Part shown: one piece after another, positions 23,001 through 30,834 of the stretch
Layout: each line of letters begins with the position of its first letter
How positions within the stretch are numbered: the first letter of the stretch is position 1
Assembly: GCA_963703315.1 (NCBI GenBank)
Contig: OY969811.1
Location: 480,001-544,000, forward strand
DNA: 64,000 nt
Direction of reading: 5' to 3'
Source of the DNA: an uncultured cyanobacterium
GTDB lineage: Bacteria; Cyanobacteriota; Cyanobacteriia; Pseudanabaenales; Pseudanabaenaceae
Notes under the pieces: generated by a model
Seen by the model: the letters and a program-made list of their open reading frames with translations, nothing else
Database searches by the model: none
Told to the model about the DNA's origin: nothing
Made by a program: the position numbers and the translations under genes

Positions 23001-23447
23001 GCAATATTGATAACTACCAGTTTTGACAGGAGTAGTCACCTGATAACAGTCAATTTGCCAATATTGCAAATCAAAGTCTTCAGGGCTTGCAATTTCTAAA
23101 TATCTTGCGGATTCGAGAGATGGTAAGGGCTTGTTTTCACTTGTCGGTAAGAGAAAGTATTTTGGCAAAACCGCCTTGTTAGCACTGTATTTCTGAGGAT
23201 TGTTTTCTTGTAAAAGCTCATCTTTAATCGCTAGCTCGTTAAACAAAAATGACTTTAAATCTGGTTCCGCCAGACTAGCAGGATGTCTTGGCGATACATC
23301 CTCAGATACTTTCGTCGTCTTGGATGATTTGCGTTTGGTTTTGGCGATCGCCTTAGTTTCAGTCGTCTCTACCCAAATATAAAAATTGCCAGTCTGGATG
23401 AAGCCATCATTTTGATTACGAATCCAAGTACCATGCAGAATTTTCAT
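20088..23447 (-). CDS. SNF2-family helicase/ATPase (SWIM-associated type)
   Basis: MKILHGTW start, [35 protein letters not shown] and [20 protein letters not shown] motifs. Confidence 0.95.
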   Translation of the reverse strand: [1119 protein letters not shown]

Positions 23448-23612
23448 AGAATTTCTCGGTCGGGCTGAAGTTATGGTTTATGAAAACCTGATAAGGTTCA
23501 TTTAATCAAATATATGTAAAGAAATTAGCACAACACAGGCTCTTAAATATTTCACAAACAGGCTGTAAAGGCTTGTCAGAAACCTGTATGGTTGCCCTAT
23601 GAATTCCTCTTA

Positions 23613-23644
23613 CTTTCTTGGGGCTTTCTTGGGGCTTTCTTGGA
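23613..23644 (+). repeat. 11-bp tandem repeat, about 3 copies
   Basis: ctttcttgggg ctttcttgggg ctttcttgga. Confidence 0.8.
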
Positions 23645-23688
23645 CTTAATGTTATTCTGATAACCAACCAGCTTTCTAAATAGCAGCT

Positions 23689-24117
23689 ATGTCACCAGTA
23701 AAAGAAGCTCCTTCCGCGATCGCCAGCATTGCCAGTCTAAATGGGGAATCACTACACGGTCATCATGGTCCGACGGTAGAACGTCCTTGGGGTTCATTCA
23801 CCACCCTTGAAGAAGGACGGGGTTACAAAATTAAGCGTATTGAAGTTAAGTCTGGACATCGACTTAGCCTCCAAATGCACCACCACCGCAGCGAACACTG
23901 GATTGTCGTGTCGGGGACAGCCAAAGTGACCTGTGGTGAACAGGAAACGATGATTAGCACCAATCAATCCACCTATGTACCTAAATGTACCGCCCACCGT
24001 CTGGAGAATCCAGGGGTCATTCCATTAATCATCATTGAGGTACAGAATGGTGAATATTTGGGCGAAGATGACATTATTCGCTTCCAAGATGACTATTCGA
24101 GACATGAAAAGAAATAA
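23689..24117 (+). CDS. Mannose-6-phosphate isomerase type II cupin (ManC C-terminal-like)
   Basis: RPWGSF, LSLQMHHHRSEHWIVVSG and EVQNGEYLGEDDIIRFQDDY motifs. Confidence 0.92.
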   Translation: MSPVKEAPSAIASIASLNGESLHGHHGPTVERPWGSFTTLEEGRGYKIKRIEVKSGHRLSLQMHHHRSEHWIVVSGTAKVTCGEQETMISTNQSTYVPKCTAHRLENPGVIPLIIIEVQNGEYLGEDDIIRFQDDYSRHEKK

Positions 24118-24120
24118 TTC

Positions 24121-24216
24121 TATAGCAAGGTAAAGTTTGCTTTTGCTTAGGACATAAAACCCAAAAGACTGATAGTGCCGCTTCGCGGCACTATCAGTCT
24201 TTTGGGTTTTGCTATA
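24121..24216. repeat. TATAGC...GCTATA-shell element with central palindrome
   Basis: aaaacccaaaagactgatagtgccgc ttc gcggcactatcagtcttttgggtttt, bounded by tatagcaa and ttgctata. Confidence 0.85.
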
Positions 24217-24304
24217 ACAAAGGGCTGAAGCCCCTTATCTTTTTTGATAACAAGCAAGAGCGATCGCGTTTAAAATAGTTGAGGCAATCTAGAATCGTTT
24301 CAAC

Positions 24305-25417
24305 GTGAATAAAATCCCTCCCTTTGATGTATCGCAGCAATATCAACAAATTGGCGATCGCCTAAATAAAGCTGCCTTAGAAGTACTAGCATCGGGGCAG
24401 TACATTGGTGGACAAACTGTAAGTCAGTTTGAGACTGAATTTGCTAATTATATTGGCTCCAATCATGGTATTGCTTGCAATTCTGGTACTGATGCTCTGT
24501 ATTTAGCAATGCGTGCCTTAGATATCGGGGAGGGTGATGAAGTAATTACTTCACCGTTTACTTTTTTTGCCAGTGCCGAAACCGTGAGCATGGCGGGTGC
24601 AAAACCAGTATTTGTCGATATTGAGTCCCATAGCTTTAATATCAATGTAGATCTCATCGAAGCGGCGATTACCGATCGCACTAAGGCGATTATGCCTGTG
24701 CATTTGTTTGGGCGAGCAGTAGATATGGCGAAGTTAATGGCGATCGCCAAAAAGCATGATCTCTATGTGATCGAAGATTGCGCTCAGGCAACAGGGGCGA
24801 CCTTTGATGGTCAAAAAGTCGGCAGTATTGGTGATGTCGGTTGCTTTAGCTTTTATCCAACCAAAAATCTGGGGGGCTGTGGTGATGGCGGCATGATGAC
24901 CACCAATAACGCCGCAATTGATGAAAAGTTGCGAATTTTGCGTGAACATGGCAGTCCTAAGCGTTATTACCACGAATATATCGGCATGAATTCACGCCTT
25001 GATTCGTTACAGGCAGCCCTTCTGCAAGTGAAACTGCCCTATCTCGACAAGTGGAATGCTCAACGATGTGAGATTAGCGATCGCTACACAGATCTGCTCA
25101 AAGACGCAAATATCTCCAATCTGGTAACACCGCACCATTGTTCTGGCAGTGTCTGGAATCAATACACAGTATGTATCGGTGATGGCAAACGAGATTTTGT
25201 GCAGACGCAACTACGGGAGCAAAATATCATCACGATGATTTACTATCCTCTGCCCTTACATTTGCAATCTGTTTATAACAACTTGGGCTATCAAAAAGGT
25301 GATTTTCCTGTTACTGAAGATATTTGCGATCGCGTCCTATCTTTACCGATGTTCCCCGAACTCAGCGAAGAACAACAACAGCGAGTCGTCAGTACTTTAA
25401 AAACTATCCTTAAATAA
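24305..25417 (+). CDS. DegT/DnrJ/EryC1/StrS PLP-dependent sugar aminotransferase
   Basis: NSGTDAL, IEDCAQA, FSFYPTKNLG (PLP Lys), NSRLD and LSLPMFP motifs. Confidence 0.95.
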   Translation: MNKIPPFDVSQQYQQIGDRLNKAALEVLASGQYIGGQTVSQFETEFANYIGSNHGIACNSGTDALYLAMRALDIGEGDEVITSPFTFFASAETVSMAGAKPVFVDIESHSFNINVDLIEAAITDRTKAIMPVHLFGRAVDMAKLMAIAKKHDLYVIEDCAQATGATFDGQKVGSIGDVGCFSFYPTKNLGGCGDGGMMTTNNAAIDEKLRILREHGSPKRYYHEYIGMNSRLDSLQAALLQVKLPYLDKWNAQRCEISDRYTDLLKDANISNLVTPHHCSGSVWNQYTVCIGDGKRDFVQTQLREQNIITMIYYPLPLHLQSVYNNLGYQKGDFPVTEDICDRVLSLPMFPELSEEQQQRVVSTLKTILK

Positions 25418-25428
25418 TTCCCAGAAAT

Positions 25429-25460
25429 CATAAAAGGCGGTGCAACGCGCCGCCTTTATG
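25429..25460. terminator. Hairpin between convergent genes
   Basis: cataaaaggcggtgc aac gcgccgcctttatg. Confidence 0.65.
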
Positions 25461-25830
25461 ATCCATAGCCTAAAACCTGCTCGGCAGTGAGGGTAAAGCC
25501 AGAAACTACCGTTGATGTAATAAAATTACGTGATGAGGCTTGCAAATACGCGGCTGATTCTTCAGTAACTATCATGAGATCAGGGATACGACAGCTTGAT
25601 CTTTTTCCTGACACTGCAATTTCAGTATTGTAAAGAATTAAAGCAAAGGGAATATATTTAGCAAACTCAAACAGTAGAAACTTAGCAATATTAATATTTC
25701 CATAGGATTCGGTCGGCATTGTTACTAGTTCTCCGTTGACTAGCTCATAGCGTGTATCTGTACCATCGTCATAGCTGAAATAGTCTTCTATGGTCATTAG
25801 TTTAGAGGGGCTAGCTGTCGCTAAGGTCAT
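25456..25830 (-). pseudogene. Uma2 family endonuclease with in-frame internal deletion
   Basis: YDDGTDTRYELVNGEL, RIPDL and C-terminal LTAEQVL are present; the EVVSP and EYWIVDP core is absent. Confidence 0.75.
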
Positions 25831-25977
25831 AATTTAAGTCCTCTCTTACGCATGACAAAATTGTAATCCAAGAATCGTATGGCGGCGCGAAGCACCGCCA
25901 TGCGATCGCTAGCAAGCAAAGACAACGCAAAGCGTCGCCTTTGCCTATAATAATCACAGCTAAATTAGGGAATAATC

Positions 25978-27339
25978 ATGGGCATTATTAACTCGGTGTT
26001 TGCGAAATGGAAAAAACCTTCACAGGGGGTGGGGAATGATCCAAATGTGCAGACTATTCCAATCTCTAGCACCACGCAACCAACTGTGACATCTCAACCC
26101 AGTACAGCCGCACAAAGATATGCAGAACTAGAGGCAGAGTTAACGCGATCGCATCAAGGCTCACATCAAGTAGTGCAAACTAAACCAATTAATCAACCAA
26201 AACCATCTGGAGGATTTCGCAAATTAGGCAAAAGACTGATTTGGATCGGCGTTCTGGTGGGGATTCCTGCGGGGATTATTTATGTGGTGAACTTGCCCTA
26301 TCCTGCCATTCGGCAACCTGTAGCAAAGGCGGCTCCACTTTTGCTATTGCCAAGTAACATGGCGATCGATGCCAATTTTAAAAAAGGACAAGCAACAATT
26401 GAAGAAGTCAGACAATTAATTGAATCTCCCACTAGTCCTGCTGATCTTGATCGTGGTGAGATCAAACTTAAGGAGGGTAAGACAGCTTTAGATGCAATTC
26501 CTGCATGGTATATCGCAGATTGGGCAGACTATTCACGAGGATATAACAGTTGGGGATACGATTGGCGATTTACACCCTCTGGCTTGCAAGCGGCGCGAAT
26601 TAAGGCAGGACAGCTAGAAGCAAAAGTCTTTCAAGAGAAAAATGCTCAGATTGCACTTACTGATGCTGAGCAATCAATAACTATGGCTAAGACTGTATTT
26701 CAGCAAGCTGCAAAACCCTTAGATAAGAAAATGGCGATCCAAAACTGGCAAGCCGCGATCGATCGCTTAGCCCAGATTCCATCACAAACGATGGCAGGAC
26801 GTAGGGCGCAGCAATTAATTAGTACTTCAACTAGAGATTTAAAAGAAGTGGGAGGACTTGCCGTAGGTAATGAGAAATCCCTATCATTGATTAGTTCGGC
26901 TGAGGGATTTGCTCAAAAAGCTGCCCAATCTGGTCAAAACCCTCCCCATTCAATTGCTCGCTGGACTGAAATCGCCAAAATGTGGCAAGATGCAATCAAA
27001 CTGTTAGAAAGTATTCCTGCTAATGATGTGCAGGGTTATGCTGAAGCCCAAAGACAGCTAGTGGAATATAGAGCTAGTCTCTCGGAAGTGAAAGTGCGGT
27101 TACAAAATGAGCAGGAGTCTGTACAAGCGCTAGATCGCGCTAACCAGCAATTAACAGCTTTATGGGCATGGTTACCGAAGGATGGTAAAGACTTGAATCG
27201 AAATCAAGCAATGGGTCGTTTTTTAGCGATTCGTGCTGAGCTAGATAAAGTTAAAAGTGGAACAACGGTTTATTTGCCAGCCCAAGAAATTAAGGTTCAA
27301 GTGCAGAATCAATTGAAGTTATTAGAGCAGGCAAAGTGA
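25978..27339 (+). CDS. Membrane-anchored helical/coiled-coil hypothetical protein
   Basis: Single TM segment, VNLPYPAIR motif, helical repeats (WQAAIDRL, WQDAIKLL). Confidence 0.75.
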   Translation: MGIINSVFAKWKKPSQGVGNDPNVQTIPISSTTQPTVTSQPSTAAQRYAELEAELTRSHQGSHQVVQTKPINQPKPSGGFRKLGKRLIWIGVLVGIPAGIIYVVNLPYPAIRQPVAKAAPLLLLPSNMAIDANFKKGQATIEEVRQLIESPTSPADLDRGEIKLKEGKTALDAIPAWYIADWADYSRGYNSWGYDWRFTPSGLQAARIKAGQLEAKVFQEKNAQIALTDAEQSITMAKTVFQQAAKPLDKKMAIQNWQAAIDRLAQIPSQTMAGRRAQQLISTSTRDLKEVGGLAVGNEKSLSLISSAEGFAQKAAQSGQNPPHSIARWTEIAKMWQDAIKLLESIPANDVQGYAEAQRQLVEYRASLSEVKVRLQNEQESVQALDRANQQLTALWAWLPKDGKDLNRNQAMGRFLAIRAELDKVKSGTTVYLPAQEIKVQVQNQLKLLEQAK

Positions 27340-27369
27340 TACATATCTCATTTATTAACGGATTAAACT

Positions 27370-29343
27370 ATGACCAAATTTGACTTTCTATCGGATATCC
27401 AAAAGCCTTGGCACTACATGGACGTAGAGCAAATACTGAAGGATTTAGAGTCTTCGATGGAAGGTTTGTCCTATGTAAATGCAAGGCAAAGATTACGACA
27501 TTTAGGAGCGAATAAACTACCGCGATCGCGTCCAATTAGTAAAATCCTCTTACAACCTTTGCTCAATCCTTTGACCTATCTATTGATAGTCGCCGCAGTT
27601 TATTTGCAATGGAATGGTGCGGAGGGATGGGCGCTGATTCTGGTGGGGGTATTGCATAAAGCGATTGGCATCTGTTTATCTATAGGGTCAATTAAAACAA
27701 GAGAGAAAGTTAGCCGTGATCGCCCTCAACGTCGTCAAAATGAACCTTCTAATTCTGTCATAGTTCTACGCGATCGCGAAGAAATGGAATTACCATCACG
27801 GGATTTGGTCTTGGGGGATGTACTGATTTTAAGGGAAGGCGATCGCCCCAATGTCGATGTGCGAGTTCTCGAAACATCCGACGATTTACTTGTAAATCAA
27901 ACTAATTTGGGTGGTGAGGCAATTTGTCATAAGCAAGCGGATCTCACCTTAGAAGAGAAAACACCACCCCTTGAATGTAGCAATATGATCTATGCGGGGA
28001 CAGAAATTTCTTCAGGAACTGCTAAGGGACTGGTGATTGCCACAGGTCGCTTCACTCAAGAACAGGCGGCTCTCATCCAAGAAAAGCCATTCTCTGTCGT
28101 GCATTCAGAATTGCGACAATTGCAACAGGTTTGGATTGGGTTGTTAGTACTAGTAACTGTAATTGTGATTGGGTTTGCGTGGCAGAGGGGGATTATCATC
28201 AATGCTATGACTGCCGCCGCCCTGATTGTGAGTACCTATCCTCAAAATTTGTTGCGAATCGCGACACAGGTGCAGTTATTTGGAATGCGAGATCTCGCTA
28301 AACAGCGCATTTGGGCAAGATTTCCCTCCGTCTTAGATGCGATCGCCAGAGTGACTACGATTGTCCCAATTGTCGAGTCAGACGTGGTGTTGAGCTTTGA
28401 TAACTTGAGTCGCGCAGGTATTGAGTGGCGGGGATTGATCAGAGCTTCCGAAGCTGATGCTACAGCTTTTAGTCAAGTCATTGGCATTGAAACCCATAGT
28501 TATTTTGATGCTCCTCAAGAGCGAATTCGTCAATGGCAAAATAGTTACCAAAATACTCGCCAAAATACTCGCCTCAAATCTGCCAATGCTGTTGCAGTGA
28601 TTGGCAATGATATTGAAGATATTCCTTTATTAAAGGCAGGTGATGTAGGAATTTGCGATCGCACCTGTCGTAAAGAATTGCAGGATAGTGCAGGACTGAT
28701 CTTACCTAAGGATGATTTCCATTATTTACCGATCGCCATTCTTGAAGGACGTGCCACCTTTGATCGTTTACAACGCACGGCTCTACTCACGGCTACTAGT
28801 TCTTTCACGTTAGCGGTGTTAACTCTGATGGATACTGCCGCAGGGTTTGCGATGCCGCCGTTGCAGCTAATCTGGGTTGGCGCGATCGCCACACCACTTG
28901 TGGCTTTTCCCTTAGTTCTCGAACCCACCCATGAGAGTCTATTATTTCAACCTGCTCATCGCTTTCAGACCATTTTACGCCCTAGCAACTATCTGCGAAT
29001 TTTGTTAGCTGTTACCGCCACAATTACCGCCGTTTCCTTAGTATTTTGGCTCAAATATCAAGGGCAACCCTCGATGTTTTCCCAAGCAAGATCGATGGCA
29101 TTTGCGACTCTTGGCTTCAGTCAAATTTTCCATGCCTGTGCGATCGCTCGTCAAAGCGTATTTAGCAATCTGCCACTTCTACTCGGCATATCCTTCATCG
29201 CCGTCTTCCAAATCATCTTCGTGCAGATTCCTTTATTTGGCGATCTCATGGCAACGGTTCCTTTAAATGGAGTGGAATGGGCGATCTCTATTCTCAGTGC
29301 CACTGCTGTTTTTTGGGTACAGGAATTAATCAAAACGAGTTAA
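27370..29343 (+). CDS. Degenerate cation-transport P-type ATPase-like membrane protein
   Basis: P2-type N-terminus (GLS..ARQRLRHLGANKL), A-domain (LVLGDVLILREGD), DDF..L..AILEGR, C-terminal TM domain; DKTGT is absent. Confidence 0.8.
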   Translation: MTKFDFLSDIQKPWHYMDVEQILKDLESSMEGLSYVNARQRLRHLGANKLPRSRPISKILLQPLLNPLTYLLIVAAVYLQWNGAEGWALILVGVLHKAIGICLSIGSIKTREKVSRDRPQRRQNEPSNSVIVLRDREEMELPSRDLVLGDVLILREGDRPNVDVRVLETSDDLLVNQTNLGGEAICHKQADLTLEEKTPPLECSNMIYAGTEISSGTAKGLVIATGRFTQEQAALIQEKPFSVVHSELRQLQQVWIGLLVLVTVIVIGFAWQRGIIINAMTAAALIVSTYPQNLLRIATQVQLFGMRDLAKQRIWARFPSVLDAIARVTTIVPIVESDVVLSFDNLSRAGIEWRGLIRASEADATAFSQVIGIETHSYFDAPQERIRQWQNSYQNTRQNTRLKSANAVAVIGNDIEDIPLLKAGDVGICDRTCRKELQDSAGLILPKDDFHYLPIAILEGRATFDRLQRTALLTATSSFTLAVLTLMDTAAGFAMPPLQLIWVGAIATPLVAFPLVLEPTHESLLFQPAHRFQTILRPSNYLRILLAVTATITAVSLVFWLKYQGQPSMFSQARSMAFATLGFSQIFHACAIARQSVFSNLPLLLGISFIAVFQIIFVQIPLFGDLMATVPLNGVEWAISILSATAVFWVQELIKTS

Positions 29344-29533
29344 TTACTAGTTCTCGCTTTTGAGCCAAACCTGTGATTTTCTGCGATGCATTTAGGACTT
29401 CAACGCCCACAACATTACCATCGGAGTCATAGTCTAAGATCACACCTTCTGATACTTCATCACTTTCAGCAATTTTTGATTCTGTCCATCGAATGTACAG
29501 AGCATCTACTTTTGCGTCATAAGCTGATTTCAT
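29330..29533 (-). CDS. DUF2283 family protein (predicted antitoxin)
   Basis: YDAKVDALYIR..ESDEVSEGVILDYD..G.VVGVEVL.AS. Confidence 0.85.
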   Translation of the reverse strand: MKSAYDAKVDALYIRWTESKIAESDEVSEGVILDYDSDGNVVGVEVLNASQKITGLAQKRELVINSF

Positions 29534-29552
29534 GATTTACTCCCAATATTTA

Positions 29553-30494
29553 TCATTCTACTGACTGAATAGCTTCGAGAGCCTTTTGATACCATACGGT
29601 ATTCCCTTGATCTTGAAAAAGTTGTGCAGCTTTCTGAAAGTCTCTTAATGCTCCACGCTTTTCTTCGATCTGATATTTGGCATACCCCCGACTATAGTAA
29701 GCATCCGCAAGAGTTCTACTAACCCAATTACGATTAATTCGGATCGCGGCGTTGTAAGCAGAGATTGCTCCTTGATAGTCTCCTAAATCAGATTTCGCTG
29801 ATCCGAGATTGAAGTGGGCAAGAGAATAGTCTGGCTTGAGACGGATAGCCTCGTTCCAGTCATCGATTGACCCTTGCTTATTTCCTAAATTGTAGTTTGC
29901 TAATCCTCGCCCCGTATAGGCATCCGCAGGAGTTCTACTAACCCAATTACGATTAATCCTGAGCGCTTCGTCATAATCATAAATGGCTCCCTGATTGTCT
30001 CCTAAATCAGACTTTGCTAAGGCGCGATTGTAATAAACAAGGGAATAGTCAGGATTGAGACGGATGGCTTCGCTCCAGTCGTTGAGAGAGCCTTGCTTAT
30101 TTCCTAAGTTGTACTTGATTAATCCTCGACCAGTGTAGGCATCAGCAAGACTTCTTGCACCCCAATTGCGGTTAATCTCGATCGCTCGGTTATAGTCAGC
30201 GATCGCACCCTGATTGTCATTTAAAGATGACTTTGCTAAGGCACGATTGTAGTAAGCAAGGGAATAGTCAGGTTTGAGACGGATCGTTTCGTTATAGTCA
30301 GCGATCGCGCCGCGATAGTCACCTTTATTCTGTTTTCTAAAAGCGCTATTAAAGTAATCTAAGTGAGCCTGCGCTAACTTAGGTATGACTTGCATTGATG
30401 ATTGAGCGATCGGTTCAGCATGACTTGATAACGGTTCTTTCCCCAAAGAAATTGTCAATGCTAAAGCTACTAGACCAAGGAAACGCCAAGACAT
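29553..30494 (-). CDS. Secreted TPR-repeat protein
   Basis: Signal-peptide-like N-terminus; AYYNRALAK and GAIADY TPR units with a 73-aa period. Confidence 0.9.
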   Translation of the reverse strand: MSWRFLGLVALALTISLGKEPLSSHAEPIAQSSMQVIPKLAQAHLDYFNSAFRKQNKGDYRGAIADYNETIRLKPDYSLAYYNRALAKSSLNDNQGAIADYNRAIEINRNWGARSLADAYTGRGLIKYNLGNKQGSLNDWSEAIRLNPDYSLVYYNRALAKSDLGDNQGAIYDYDEALRINRNWVSRTPADAYTGRGLANYNLGNKQGSIDDWNEAIRLKPDYSLAHFNLGSAKSDLGDYQGAISAYNAAIRINRNWVSRTLADAYYSRGYAKYQIEEKRGALRDFQKAAQLFQDQGNTVWYQKALEAIQSVE

Positions 30495-30548
30495 AAACTT
30501 AACCCCTCAAAATCATCTAAATTTTCATAATATTAACATGAATCTTTT

Positions 30549-30656
30549 TAAGTAAGTAGCTGGGCATAATTAAAAACTAGATCCAAAACCTGTGGCGCTC
30601 GCTGCGCGAGCGCCACAGGTTTTGGGGTTTTATATTTAATTGCACCTAGCTACTTA
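30549..30656. repeat. TAAGTAGCT...AGCTACTTA-shell element with ACCTGTGGCGC palindrome
   Basis: taagtagctgggcataattaaa ... acctgtggcgctcgc tgc gcgagcgccacaggt ... tttaattgcacctagctactta. Confidence 0.88.
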
Positions 30657-30710
30657 GCTGGGCATAATTTGCTGTAATCGCTGTAATCAATGTAAGCTGC
30701 AAATAGACCA

Positions 30711-30804
30711 TATAGCTGTCGCCAGTCTAAAACCAAAAGATGAGTGGCGGCGCTTCGCGCCGCCACTCATCTTATTTGTGCTAATACAAATTACGACAGC
30801 TATA
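30711..30804. mobile_element. MITE-like element with TIR TATAGCTGTCG
   Basis: tatagctgtcg ... aagatgagtggcggcgc ttc gcgccgccactcatctt ... cgacagctata. Confidence 0.75.
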
Positions 30805-30834
30805 GTATTGATTGCGCTAGAAATTATTAAATAC

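Noticed and set aside
30778..30834. ORF-track N-terminal extensions (also 43025-43066, 56038-56148 and 61055-61132)
   Set aside because: They start inside repeat elements or upstream of the family-typical start, so downstream ATGs were preferred.
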